Below are positions 1 through 12,331 of a DNA stretch of 32,000 nucleotides, piece after piece. The DNA is from Candidatus Saccharimonadota bacterium (lineage in GTDB: Bacteria; Pseudomonadota; Gammaproteobacteria; Enterobacterales; Enterobacteriaceae): NCBI GenBank assembly GCA_002688505.1, contig CP024013.1, forward strand, positions 1-32,000, given 5' to 3'. The position numbers and the translations under genes were made by a program. The notes under the pieces were generated by a model. The model worked only from the letters and a program-made list of their open reading frames with translations. It had not been told where the DNA came from and ran no database searches. The stretch's first letter is position 1. Each line of letters starts with the position of its first letter.

Positions 1-60
1 TTAAAAATAAATAATATAATAATTTATAAATAATATTATTAAATTAAATAAAATTAAAAA

Positions 61-1581
61 ATAAATAAAAATATAATTATAATAATAAAAAAAATAAAAA
101 AAAATATTAAATATATAGAAAATAATAATTTTAAACAAACTTTTAAAACTAATTATTTTAAAAAAATATCACAATTATATAAAAAATACTTAAAAAAAAA
201 AAAAATATCTATATTTACATATAGTAAATATATTACATTAATTAGAAAACAATTTATAAAAAAAAAACATCATAACTTAAATAAAAATTTAAATTTATTA
301 TGTAAAAAATTTAAATATTATAAAAATGAAATAAATAAATTAAAATACATATCAACTAATTTAATATTTAAAAAAATAAAAAATATAAAAAAAAAATTAT
401 CTAAAATTAAAATACTTATAAAATTTTTAAATAAAATAAAATTAAAAAATAAAAATAATATATATAAAATAAAAAAAATTATAAAAAAAATACCAGAATG
501 AAAAAAAGAATTAAAAAAATTAATAAAATATAAATGATATAAATCAAATAAATTAATAATTAATAAAATTCAACAAGGTATAAAATTATTTAAAATAATA
601 AAAAAATTAAAAATAAATCATGAAATTTTATTTCATTTAAAAATTGAAAAAAATAAATTATTATTAATAAAAAAAAAATCTATAAAATCCTTAAAAAAAA
701 AAAAAAATAATACAATTAAAATAAATTATAAAAATTATATTACTAAAATATATAATATATTTAATAATATATCTGAATTAAAATCATTTAATGATATATC
801 TTCATTATGTTTTGCTCTATCAGCAATATCTGGAAGAAGAATGATAGAAATTATATATAGAGGTAAATTTAAAATTTTTAATAAAAATAAATTATACTTT
901 AAGGGACAAGTTAAAAATAAAAAAAAAAAAATATATAAAATATATACTTTATTAAATACTAATATTTTTATGAAAAATATTAAAAAACTAAGATCATGTG
1001 AAATTATTAAAAATATTTTAAAAAAAACACAAAATAAAAAAAATAGATTAATATCAAAAAATGCACAAATAAGTAATTATATATCACCACACTTAAATAA
1101 ATGAGTAAAAATTTTTTTCAATGATAAAACAAGAACATATAAAGATAGTAGATCTATTTATGCTCGTATAACATTTAAAAAATGATTTAATAATGATAAA
1201 AAATGAAAATTTAAAGATGAAGATATATTCTTTAGTAAAATTTTAGGTCATAAAAATATAAATAGTCAAATGTATTATAAACAATTTAAATTACAAAATT
1301 TTTCTAATAAATGAAAACCTAAAAAATATAAAAATTTAATATTAAAAAAATTAAAACTATTAGATAATAAACTTAATAAAATAATAAAAAGAAAAAAATC
1401 ATATAAAATACATTATATTACAAAAAAAATTATAAAAATAAACCCTAATAAAAAAATCACAAGTTACTTACTAAGAAAATATGGTTTTAATACTAAACTA
1501 ATACAAAGATACATTAAATTTATATCAAAATATATAAATAATAATAATAAAAAAAAATATAATAAAATAATTATTAAATAA
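61..1581 (+). CDS. telN: Protelomerase / hairpin telomere resolvase, TelN/TelK family (about 506 aa)
   Basis: Frame 1 is open from 58 to TAA 1579-1581 when six in-frame TGA (499, 535, 1102, 1183, 1204, 1312) are read as Trp. Track ORF 841..1104 is only an internal piece. The translation tracks my recollection of phage N15 TelN along its length: KIKKIIKKIPEW, QQG..LKINHEILFHL, LCFALSAISGRRMIEI, IYTL...LRSC, KWVKIFFNDKTRTYKDSRSIYARI, KDEDIFFSKILGH..SQMYYKQFKLQNFSNKWKP, ITSYLLRKYGFNTKLIQRYIKF. The Arg/Lys/Arg/His residues and the nucleophile Tyr are all present. Five of the six TGA fall where TelN has Trp. There is no in-frame ATG upstream of 841, so the start is probably ATA 61 or a nearby ATA/ATT. 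The 5' boundary is uncertain. Confidence 0.8.
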
Positions 1582-1651
1582 CTATTTATTTAATAAAAAA
1601 ATAAATATAATATAAAATTAATAAATTTAATAAATAAAATAATTTAATAGT

Positions 1652-1675
1652 AATGAATCTAAATAAAGATTCATT
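1652..1675. terminator. Candidate bidirectional hairpin between convergent telN and gapA
   Basis: Perfect 9-bp inverted repeat aatgaatct (1652-1660) / agattcatt (1667-1675) with a 6-nt loop. It is one of the few G/C-containing elements in the 118-nt spacer and has A/T runs on both sides. Confidence 0.4.
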
Positions 1676-1699
1676 TAACTATTAAAAAAAATAATATAA

Positions 1700-2707
<1,008 letters not shown>

Positions 2708-2817
2708 AAAATCACCAAAATAAATAAATATTTTAAAATAATTTATAATATTATATAATGTTTATTTTTAAATTAAAATAATTATTTTAAAATAAAATAA
2801 TATTTTCATTTAAAAAA

Positions 2818-2844
2818 CTTGAAAAAAAAATTTATAATCATATT
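2818..2844 (+). promoter_or_regulatory. Candidate sigma-32-type (or sigma-70) promoter for ibpA
   Basis: CTTGAAA at 2818-2824 matches the sigma-32 -35 core. Twelve nt downstream, aatCATaTt (2836-2844) resembles an A+T-eroded CCCCATnT. It lies about 50 nt upstream of the ibpA ATG, and rpoH is present in this window. -10-like hexamers are everywhere in this DNA, so only the -35 is informative. Confidence 0.25.
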
Positions 2845-2893
2845 ATATAATTAATATTAATATAAGAAATAAATATAATTATAGGTAATATAT

Positions 2894-3328
2894 ATGTCTT
2901 TTAAAAAATTTTCAATAATACCAGATATTTCTGAATGTATTTTTAATAATAGATTTAATAAAATAGATAAATTATTTAGTAAATTAACAGGAGATATTCC
3001 ATTAAATTCTTTTCCTATATATAATATACAAAAAAATGGTAATAACTTAAAATTAATGATAAGTTTACCTGGATGAAAAAAAAATGAATTAGAAATTAAT
3101 TTAATTAATAAACAATTAAATATTATAGGTAATAAAATAAAAAAAGAAAACAAAAAAAATTTTATATATAAAGGAATAATAAAAAATAATTTCAATATTA
3201 ATTATTCAATTCCACAAAATTCTAAAATTACTAATGCTAAATTAAAAAATGGTATATTATCAATAAATATAGAACAAAAAATACAAGAAAATAAAAAAGT
3301 TAAAAAAATACAAATTAATAAAAAATAA
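2894..3328 (+). CDS. ibpA: Small heat-shock protein, IbpA/IbpB (Hsp20) family (144 aa)
   Basis: ORF 2894..3076 continues through TGA 3074-3076 (SLPGW) to TAA 3326-3328. Alpha-crystallin pattern: FPIYNIQKNGNNLKLMISLPGWKKNELEINLINKQLNIIGNK...FIYKGIIKNNFNINYSIPQNSKITNAKLKNGILSINIE. AGGT lies 8 nt upstream of the ATG. Confidence 0.85.
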
Positions 3329-3333
3329 AAACT

Positions 3334-3365
3334 ACCTATTTATTTTATTTTAAAAATAAATAGGT
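3334..3365. terminator. Bidirectional intrinsic terminator hairpin between convergent ibpA and rnhA
   Basis: Perfect 13-bp stem acctatttatttt (3334-3346) / aaaataaataggt (3353-3365) with a 6-nt loop. It is followed by ggTTTT on the + strand and a T-run on the - strand. The right arm overlaps the last rnhA codons. Confidence 0.55.
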
Positions 3366-3832
3366 GGTTTTAAATCATTTAAAAATGGATTTTTAGCTTG
3401 TAAAAATGCTATTTTATCACATTTCTCATTATATAAATTACCATTATGACTTTTTATATAAAAAATCTTAATATTACTGTTAAAATAAAGAATTAAATAA
3501 TTAATTTCAATTCATAAATCTAAATTTTTAATAAATTTATTTTTTGAATTTTTTCAATTATTTTTTTTTCATTTAACTAATCATTCATTAATACCTTTAT
3601 ATAAATAAATACTATCTGTAAATATATATATATAAATCATTTTATTTTTTTTATATAAAAAAAATCTCATAGGTAATATAAAAGCCATTAATTCCATTCT
3701 ATTATTAGTAGTATAATAATAACCAGCTTTAAAAATAAATTCTTTATTATTAATTTTTACTATTGCAGCACATCCACCAGGACCAGGATTTTTAATACAT
3801 GAACCATCTGTATAAATATTAATATATAACAT
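3350..3832 (-). CDS. rnhA: Ribonuclease HI (160 aa)
   Basis: MLYINIYTDGSCIKNPGPGGCAAIV...TTNNRMELMA...FTDSIYLYKGINEW(TGA)LVKW(TGA)KKNNW(TGA)KNS...DLW(TGA)...SHNGNLYNEKCDKIA. I use ATG 3830-3832, matching the E. coli MLKQVEIFTDGSC start, rather than the upstream TTG used by the track. Stop is TAA at 3350-3352. It is divergent from dnaQ as in E. coli. Confidence 0.9.
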
Positions 3833-3873
3833 ATAAATTAAAAACAAATTAATATTATATTATAACAAAAAAA

Positions 3874-4646
<773 letters not shown>

Positions 4647-4743
4647 GAAATTAAAAATCATATAAAATATTTAAAATATATAAAAAAAAAATATAAAAAA
4701 TGTATATGAAAAATATAAAAATTAAATTAAATAAGGTAAATTA

Positions 4744-6102
4744 ATGAAAATATTATCTATATCAGAAATATTAAAAATAAAAAATATAAAAAAATTTAAA
4801 AATAAAAATATAATAATAATAGGATGAATAAAAACACAAAGACATTCAAAAATAGGAATATCTTTTATAGATATAAATGACGGATCTTGTATAAATAATA
4901 TACAAATAATAATAAAAAAAAATATAAAAAATTATAGCAAAATAATAAAATTAACTAGTGGTTGTTCTATAAAAATAAAAGGTTTAATAATTAAAAATAA
5001 AAAAAAAAAAAATTATGAAATAAATGCAAATCATATAAAAATATTAGGTAATATTAAAAACCCTAAAAAATATCCACTAAGTCCTAAATATCATTCTTTA
5101 GAATTTCTTAGAAAAATATCACATCTTAGACCAAGAACAACATTATTTGGAGCAATAACAAGAATAAGAAATACATTTATATTTAACTTACATAAATATT
5201 TACAAAAAAAAAAATTTTTATTAATAAATACTCCAATTATAACATCTTTAGATACTGAAGGACATAGTAAAATGTTTGTAGTTAAATATAATAATAATAA
5301 TTTTTTTAATAAAAAATCATATTTAAGCGTTTCAGGACAATTAAATTTAGAATCATATGTATGTTCTTTATCTAAAGTATATAATATAGGACCTATATTT
5401 AGAGCTGAAAACTCAAATACTAAAAAACATTTATCTGAATTTTGAATGTTAGAAACTGAATTAGCATTTTGTAAATTAAAAGAAATAATAAATTTATCTA
5501 AAAATATATTATCATACTGTTCAAAAAAAATACTAAAAAATAATAAAAAAGATATATATCATTTAATGAATTTAAATAATTTAAATAATATTAATCATAT
5601 AAAAAATATTATAAAAAAAAAATTTATAGAAATTGATTATTATGAAATTATTAATATATTAAAAAAAGAAAAAATTTTTAAAAAAAATAATATTAAATGA
5701 GGTATAAATATATCTACAGAATATGAAAAATTTCTAACAGAAAAATATTTTAAGAGTGCATTAATAATTAAAAATTATCCTAAAAATATAAAACCATTTT
5801 ATATGAAAATTAATAAAGATAAAAAAACAGTATCATGTATAGACATAATATTTCCTAATATAGGAGAAATAATAGGAGGTTCATTAAGAGAAAATAAAAT
5901 CAATAAATTAGATAAAAATATTAAAAGAAACAAATTAAATAAAGAAAAATATAATTGATATAGAGATTTAAGAAAATATGGTACTATTCCACATGGTGGT
6001 TTTGGATTAGGAATAGAAAGATTTATTATGTATATAACAAAAATTAAAAATATTAGAGATGTAATACCATTCCCTAAATATCCTAATTATTCTAATTTCT
6101 AA
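4744..6102 (+). CDS. asnS: Asparaginyl-tRNA synthetase (452 aa)
   Basis: ATG 4744 follows AAGG. Class IIb motifs: [16 protein letters not shown](TGA)[10 protein letters not shown](TGA)[39 protein letters not shown]. Track ORF 5446..5700 is an internal piece. Stop is TAA at 6100-6102. Confidence 0.95.
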
Positions 6103-6201
6103 TATAATAAAAATATTAAATTTAATAAATATTGTTTATATATAATTAAGTTAATATAATAAAATAATAAAAAATTAATTAATAAAATTAAAGGATAAAA
6201 A

Positions 6202-7350
6202 ATGAAATCATTAATAAAAAAAATTAGTTATTGAATAATAATATTTTTATTAATAAAACCAGTATATTCAATGAAATTAAATATTAATAAAAATTCAATT
6301 ATAAATATAAATGGAAATATAAAAATATTAAATTTGATAAATATAAAAAATAAATATAATATTGAAAATAATAATATTATTACATTTAAAATTAAAAAAA
6401 AAACATTTAAAAAAAATATTAATATATTTTCTAAATTACAAGGTAATATAATAAAAAATACTATATCAAATAATAAAATTAAAAATAAAAAATTTAATAT
6501 TAATATATCTTATATAGGAATTAAATTTAATAAATTAGGATCTATAAGTTATGGTAAAAATTATAATGTACTACATAATACATTACATATAAATAATGTA
6601 TTTCCATATAATAATAGTAAATTTATAAATAATGATATATATAATAATTATTCAAATAATATTTTGACATATAAAAAAAAATTTAATTTTAAAAATAAAT
6701 TTATAAATTTCATTAATATAACTACACAATATCAAGGATATAATAATAAAAAGAATATTATAGATTCTATAAAAAATAGTTGAGGTATAGAATATAAATA
6801 TAATACAAATTATGGAATTAATATATCAGCATCATATTTAAATAAAACAATTAATAATATAACAAAAAAAAATAATAATTTGTTATTTAAAAATATATTA
6901 AATTATAAATCTAAAATATGATCTACATCAATAAAATATAATTTAAATAATTTATATATATATACATCATATTCTAAAGGAATAAATTTTACACCTATAC
7001 TATCCATAATTAAATCATCATTTTATGATGAAAAAATAAAACAATATTATTTTGCTAAAAATAGTGAAAATATATCAATAATAATAAAATATAAATTTCA
7101 AAATATAAGTACAATATTAGGATTTATACAAACTATAGCAAATAATCTTGAAAGAATAAAAATAACTAATAATATATATACTCCTAAATCAATTGATTTA
7201 GAAAAATATTTTAATTTAAGTTTAATATATAATTTTAATAAATCATTAAAAACATATATAGATTATAAAATAAATCAAATTAATAAAAATAAATTAATTA
7301 AAATTAATAATGATAATATAATAACATTTGGATTAATATATAAATATTAA
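6202..7350 (+). CDS. Outer-membrane general porin, OmpC/OmpF-like 16-strand beta-barrel (382 aa)
   Basis: AAGGA precedes the ATG. The N-terminus MKSLIKKISYW(TGA)IIIFLLIKPVYS looks like a signal peptide. Porin-like segments: IGIKFNKLGSISYGKNYNV (cf. GLKF..GSFDYGRNYGV), ITTQYQGYN, W(TGA)GIEYKY, W(TGA)STSIKYNLNNLYIYTSYS, TYIDYKINQI, and a C-terminal ITFGLIYKY ending in an aromatic residue. Track ORF 6271..6783 is an internal piece. Confidence 0.75.
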
Positions 7351-7411
7351 TTAATTTTTTATAAAAATTTCTTATTTTAAAAAATATAATTTTAAATAAT
7401 TTTAATTCTAA

Positions 7412-7484
7412 AGCATCCGAGAGGATTTGAACCCCTGACCATTCGGTTCGTAGCCGAAAGCTCTATCCACTGAGCTACGGATGC
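7412..7484 (-). tRNA. tRNA-Arg (anticodon ACG)
   Basis: The reverse complement folds as a cloverleaf: GCATCCG/TA/GCTC-AGTGGATA-GAGC/T/TTCGG-CTACGAA-CCGAA/TGGTC/AGGGG-TTCAAAT-CCTCT/CGGATGC. It is a G+C-rich island. No CCA is encoded. Confidence 0.9.
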
Positions 7485-7496
7485 AATTTAAAAACA

Positions 7497-7583
7497 TAGT
7501 GAGAGAGGGATTTGAACCCTCGATGCATTTTATTACATACTCCTTTAGCAGAGGAGCGCCTTAAACCACTCAGCCATCTCACT
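7497..7583 (-). tRNA. tRNA-Ser (anticodon GCU), class II with long variable arm
   Basis: On the reverse complement, acceptor AGTGAGA pairs with TCTCACT. Anticodon arm is CTCCT-CTGCTAA-AGGAG, the long variable arm is TATGTAATAAAATGCATC, and the T arm is GAGGG-TTCAAAT-CCCTC. No CCA is encoded. Confidence 0.9.
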
Positions 7584-7658
7584 AAAACAATTATATATTA
7601 AAATTTTAAATATATTATAAATTATAATATATTTTTAAATAAAAACTAAATATTATTT

Positions 7659-7850
7659 TTATTTAATATTTTTAATAATATTATTATTTTTAGAATTTAA
7701 CTTAATATAAATTTCTTTTCTATGAACAGAAATATCTTTAGGAGCATTTATACCTATACGAACCTGATTTTCTTTAATACCCAAAATTATAACTGTAATA
7801 TTATCTCCTATAACAAGAGTTTCACCAATTTTACGAGTTAATACAAGCAT
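7659..7850 (-). CDS. csrA: Carbon storage regulator / translational repressor CsrA (63 aa)
   Basis: [48 protein letters not shown] is near-identical in pattern to E. coli CsrA. GGAG lies upstream of the start. Stop is TAA at 7659-7661. Confidence 0.95.
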   Translation of the reverse strand: MLVLTRKIGETLVIGDNITVIILGIKENQVRIGINAPKDISVHRKEIYIKLNSKNNNIIKNIK

Positions 7851-7862
7851 ATAAAATCTCCA

Positions 7863-10538
7863 TTACAATCTTTCTTTTATACAATTTCAAATATAATCAA
7901 AAATTAAATATCTATTTATATTATCATAATTTATATAAAATATATTAATATTAAAACTTTTGTTTTCAGTAATAAAAAATTTATTAAATACTATTTTTTT
8001 ATTTAAAAAATTAATTTTAATTATTTTAAAAATATCTTTTAAAATATTTTTTTTAATTAATAATATAAAATATAATTTATCATTAATTAATGTAGATATA
8101 AATATTATATATAAATTATATTTAAAAAATAAATTTTTTAATAAAATAAATAAAATATTTTTATCAAAAAAATCAAAATTTAATTTATTATTTAATAAAA
8201 TTTTATAATTTTTAATAATAAAAATATTTTTTTTATTATTTAAAACACTTATTATATTTTTAATAAAAACATTTTTAATATTTCTATTTAAATTATTTAT
8301 ATTTTTATTCTTATTAATTAATAATTTTATTTTATTATATACATAATATGTATTTATTTTTAAAATATTACTAATTTTATTTAAAATATATTTATTATTA
8401 TTAATATAAAATAAAACATTTAGATAAGTAATTGCCTTAATTCTTTTAACACCAAAAGATATATTATAATTACTTATAATTAAAAAAACACCTATATCTT
8501 TACTATTTAATACATGAGTACCACTACAATATTCACTAGAAATACCATCTATTTCAACTAACCTAATAATATTTTTACCAAAAAAATTAAATTTATCTTT
8601 AAATAAAATATTATTTTTTATATATTTGTTTTTAATATTCAAAGATTTTCAAATATAATAATTAACTAAATTTTCTATTTTTAATATAATATAATTATTA
8701 ATTTTATTATTATAAGAAATATCTAAAGTAAAATAATCTTTTGTAATATTTGAACCATTAAATAAAATTTGTTTACCTAAAATAATCTTTAATATTGAAC
8801 ATAAAATATGTAAACAAGAATGATTTCTAGATATTATATTTCTATGTTCAATATCATAATAACATTTAACATAATCATTAATCTTTAAAACACCATATAT
8901 CATATGTCCATAATGTATAATATAATTACCTATTTTTATAGTTTTATATACAATAAATTTAGCACTTTTATCTAATTTAATTAATAAACCTATATCACCA
9001 GACTGACCAGAAGATTTAGGATATAAAACAGTTTTATCTAGTATAATACTACAATTTGATTTTAATATAGTTTCTTTAATTAAATTATTTTCATTAAAAA
9101 TAAATAAAATTTTAGATAATATTTTAATTTTATTAAAACCTAAAAATTTAGTTATATTTAAATTATTTAAAATATTTAAATCAACAAAATATTTATTATA
9201 AACTTTTTTTTTTTTATTTGAAATTTTACATAAATTTTTTATTAAATTTAATCTAACATTAAATTTATCTAAATTTATAGATATATTATAATATTTACAT
9301 ACATCAATTAATATATATAAAGGTAATCCATATGTATCATATAATAAAAAAACTATTTTACTACTTAAATAATATTTTTTTTCTTTATATAATTTACTTA
9401 TATAAGTATTCAATATTTTTAAAGAATTATCTATAGTTTTAAAAAATTTATTTTCTTCACTTAAAACAATATTATTAATAATTTTTATATTTTCAATTTT
9501 TAAAAAACTAAAGTCATATACATTACTTAAAACATTATTAACAATTTTAAAAAAAATAATTTTATTTATATTTAAAAATCTAATATGTATTAAAGCTCTT
9601 CTAATTATTTTTCTTAATATATAACCTCTATGTTCATTAGAAGGATATACACCATCTATTATTAAATATATAATAGCTCTAATATGATCTGAAATAACAT
9701 TAAAATTATTTAAATTGTTTTTTTTTATTTTTATACTTAAAATATCTGAAATTATATTTTTAATTTTTAAAAAAATATCAATATCAAAATTAGATTTAAC
9801 ATTTTGTAATATAGAAACAATTCTTTCTAAACCCATACCTGTATCTACACATTTATTTGATAAAATATTTAAATTATTTTCTATATCTAAATTAAATTCT
9901 AAAAAAACTAAATTTCATATTTCTAAAAATATATTTTTATTATTTACATAAGAAATATATTTATTTTTATTATTACTATATAAATTATAAAAAATTTCAG
10001 TACTATAACCACATAAACCAAAATCACCCATTCTTCAAAAATTTGAAGAATTTAAAGTTGAATTACCAACTAAAAAAATCCTATTTTTATGTAATTTAAT
10101 TATGTTAAGTCAAATATTATATGATTCAATATCATTCTTATGAACAGTTACAATTATATTATCTTTATTTAAACCAAAATAATTTTTATTAATTAATAAA
10201 TCTCAAGCATAAACAATAGATTCCTTTTTAAAATATAATCCAAAACTAAAATTACCCATCATTTCAAAAAAAGTATTATGTCTATAAGTATATCCTACAT
10301 TTTTAAAATCATTATGTTTACCACTAACTCTTAAACAACGTTGAATACTAACAAAATTTTTATCTAAATCTTTTCTAATACCTAAAAAAAATTCTTTAAA
10401 TTGATTCATACCAGCATTAGTAAATAATAAACTATCATCATTATTAGGTATTAAACTACTACTACTGACTATAGTATGATTATTATATTTAAAATAATTT
10501 AAAAAAATATTACGAACATCATTAGAATTAATAGTCAT
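7863..10538 (-). CDS. alaS: Alanyl-tRNA synthetase (891 aa)
   Basis: Track ORFs 10203..10538, 8649..9836 and 7887..8642 share one frame and are joined by TGA=Trp. N-terminus is [15 protein letters not shown]...[35 protein letters not shown]. The editing/Zn motif HSCLHIL...CSGTHV is present. True stop is TAA at 7863-7865. Confidence 0.95.
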
Positions 10539-10700
10539 ATTATAAAATTATTAAATTTAATTTAAAATATACTAAATTATAAATAAAAAATAATAAATAA
10601 TAAAATAATATATTAAATAAAATTATAATATAAAATTATAAATATATATAATTAATTTAAAAAATAAAAAATTTATTATTATTAATATAAATATATAAAA

Positions 10701-11687
10701 ATGCAAAAAAAAAATGAAAAATCTATTTTAGAAGCTTTAAAACAAATAGAAAAACAATTTGGTAAAGGTTCAATAATGCAGTTAGGAAAAAATAAATTAA
10801 CTAAAATAGAAACTATATCTACAGGATCACTATCATTAGATATAGCATTAGGAATAGGTGGATTACCAATGGGAAGAATAATAGAAATTTACGGACCAGA
10901 ATCATCAGGTAAAACAACACTGACACTAGAAATTATAGCTTCAGCACAAAAAAAAAATAAAACATGCTTATTTATAGACGCAGAACATTCATTAGATCCT
11001 ATATACGCTGAAAAAATTGGTGTAAATATCAAAAAATTATTATGTTCACAACCAGATAATGGAGAACAAGCATTAGAAATATGTAATTCATTAGCAAAAA
11101 AAAATAATATAGATGTTATAATTGTTGATTCAGTAGCAGCATTAACACCTAAAGCAGAAATAGAAGGTGAAATAGGAGATTTACATATAGGATCAACAGC
11201 AAGAATGATGAGTCAAGCTATGAGAAAATTAGCAAGAAATATTAATAAATCAAACATATTATTAATATTTATAAATCAAATAAGAATTAAAATAGGTATT
11301 ATATTTGGTAATCCAGAAACTACAACAGGAGGTAATGCACTTAAATTTTATTCTTCAATAAGACTTGAAATAAGAAAAATAAGAAATATAAAAAAAGACA
11401 ATTTAATAATAGGTAATGAAACTAAAGTAAAAGTAGTAAAAAATAAATTATCAGCACCATTTAAACAAGCAGAATTTGAAATTATATATAATAAAGGTAT
11501 AAATAAATATTCAGAAATACTAAATTTAGGATTAATAAATAATATAATAAAAAAAAATGGTAATTGATATAATTATGATAAATATAAATTAGGACAAGGA
11601 AAATTTAAATCAATACAATTTCTTAAAAAAAATAAAAATATTTATAAAATAATAAAAAATATAATTCAAAAAATATATTTTAAATAA
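10701..11687 (+). CDS. recA: Recombinase RecA (328 aa)
   Basis: [20 protein letters not shown], Walker [49 protein letters not shown]. It continues through TGA 11565-11567 (NGNW-YNY, where E. coli has AGAWYSY) to TAA 11685-11687. Confidence 0.95.
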
Positions 11688-11688
11688 A

Positions 11689-12327
11689 TTAATTATTTAA
11701 ATTATATATTATATTTTTATTAATTTTATTAATATCATTATTTGCATTTATTAAAATATAATTTTTTTTAAATTTATTTAAACCAAAATAATTTTTATAA
11801 AAACTTTTTAAATCATTAATAAATTTTTTATAAGTTAAAATTCTCTTTTTTATAACATTTATATTTAAATCATCTTTTCTAGAAATTAATTTTTCACCAG
11901 TATAATCATCTAAACCCTCCACTATAGGAGGGTTATATTTAATATTATATACTCTACCAGATTTTAAATGTATTTTTCTATTTAATAATCTATCAATAAT
12001 TAAATAATCAGATATATATAATTCAATTACATAATTAATATTAATAAAACTCAAAAATTTAGCTTGTGATATATTTCTTGGAAAACCATCAAATAAATAA
12101 CCATTAACATTTAAATTATTAATTATATAATTTTTTATAATTTTATTAGCTAATTTATTAGCTATCAAATTACCTTTATTAATTAATTTACTAACTAAAT
12201 TATTTGATAAAAATTTATTTCTTAAAATTTTACCAAAAGATATTAATTTTAAACCAAATTTATTAACTATAAAATTAGATTGAGTTCCTTTACCTGATCC
12301 TGGAGGACCTAATAAAATTATATTCAT
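11689..12327 (-). CDS. adk: Adenylate kinase (212 aa)
   Basis: MNIILLGPPGSGKGTQ P-loop, GYLFDGFPRNISQA, and lid region GRVYNIKYNPP. Its TAA stop (11689-11691) is 1 nt from the recA stop. Confidence 0.95.
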   Translation of the reverse strand: MNIILLGPPGSGKGTQSNFIVNKFGLKLISFGKILRNKFLSNNLVSKLINKGNLIANKLANKIIKNYIINNLNVNGYLFDGFPRNISQAKFLSFININYVIELYISDYLIIDRLLNRKIHLKSGRVYNIKYNPPIVEGLDDYTGEKLISRKDDLNINVIKKRILTYKKFINDLKSFYKNYFGLNKFKKNYILINANNDINKINKNIIYNLNN

Positions 12328-12331
12328 TTAA

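Noticed and set aside
29-40. 12-bp perfect palindrome aataatattatt as the telomere resolution site
   Set aside because: Short A/T-only palindromes are expected by chance at this base composition. It does not extend, and there is no second copy to compare.
841-1104. Track ORF of 87 aa as a stand-alone small gene
   Set aside because: It is an internal fragment of the protelomerase frame. Conserved TelN-like sequence continues upstream with no ATG and downstream through TGA=Trp.
2857-3195. 112-aa minus-strand ORF
   Set aside because: It is antisense to ibpA, which has a clear alpha-crystallin match. Its hydrophobic low-complexity translation is typical of the T-rich strand.
7960-9951. Plus-strand ORFs 7960..8208 and 9715..9951
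   Set aside because: Both lie antisense within alaS and are low-complexity with no recognisable motifs.
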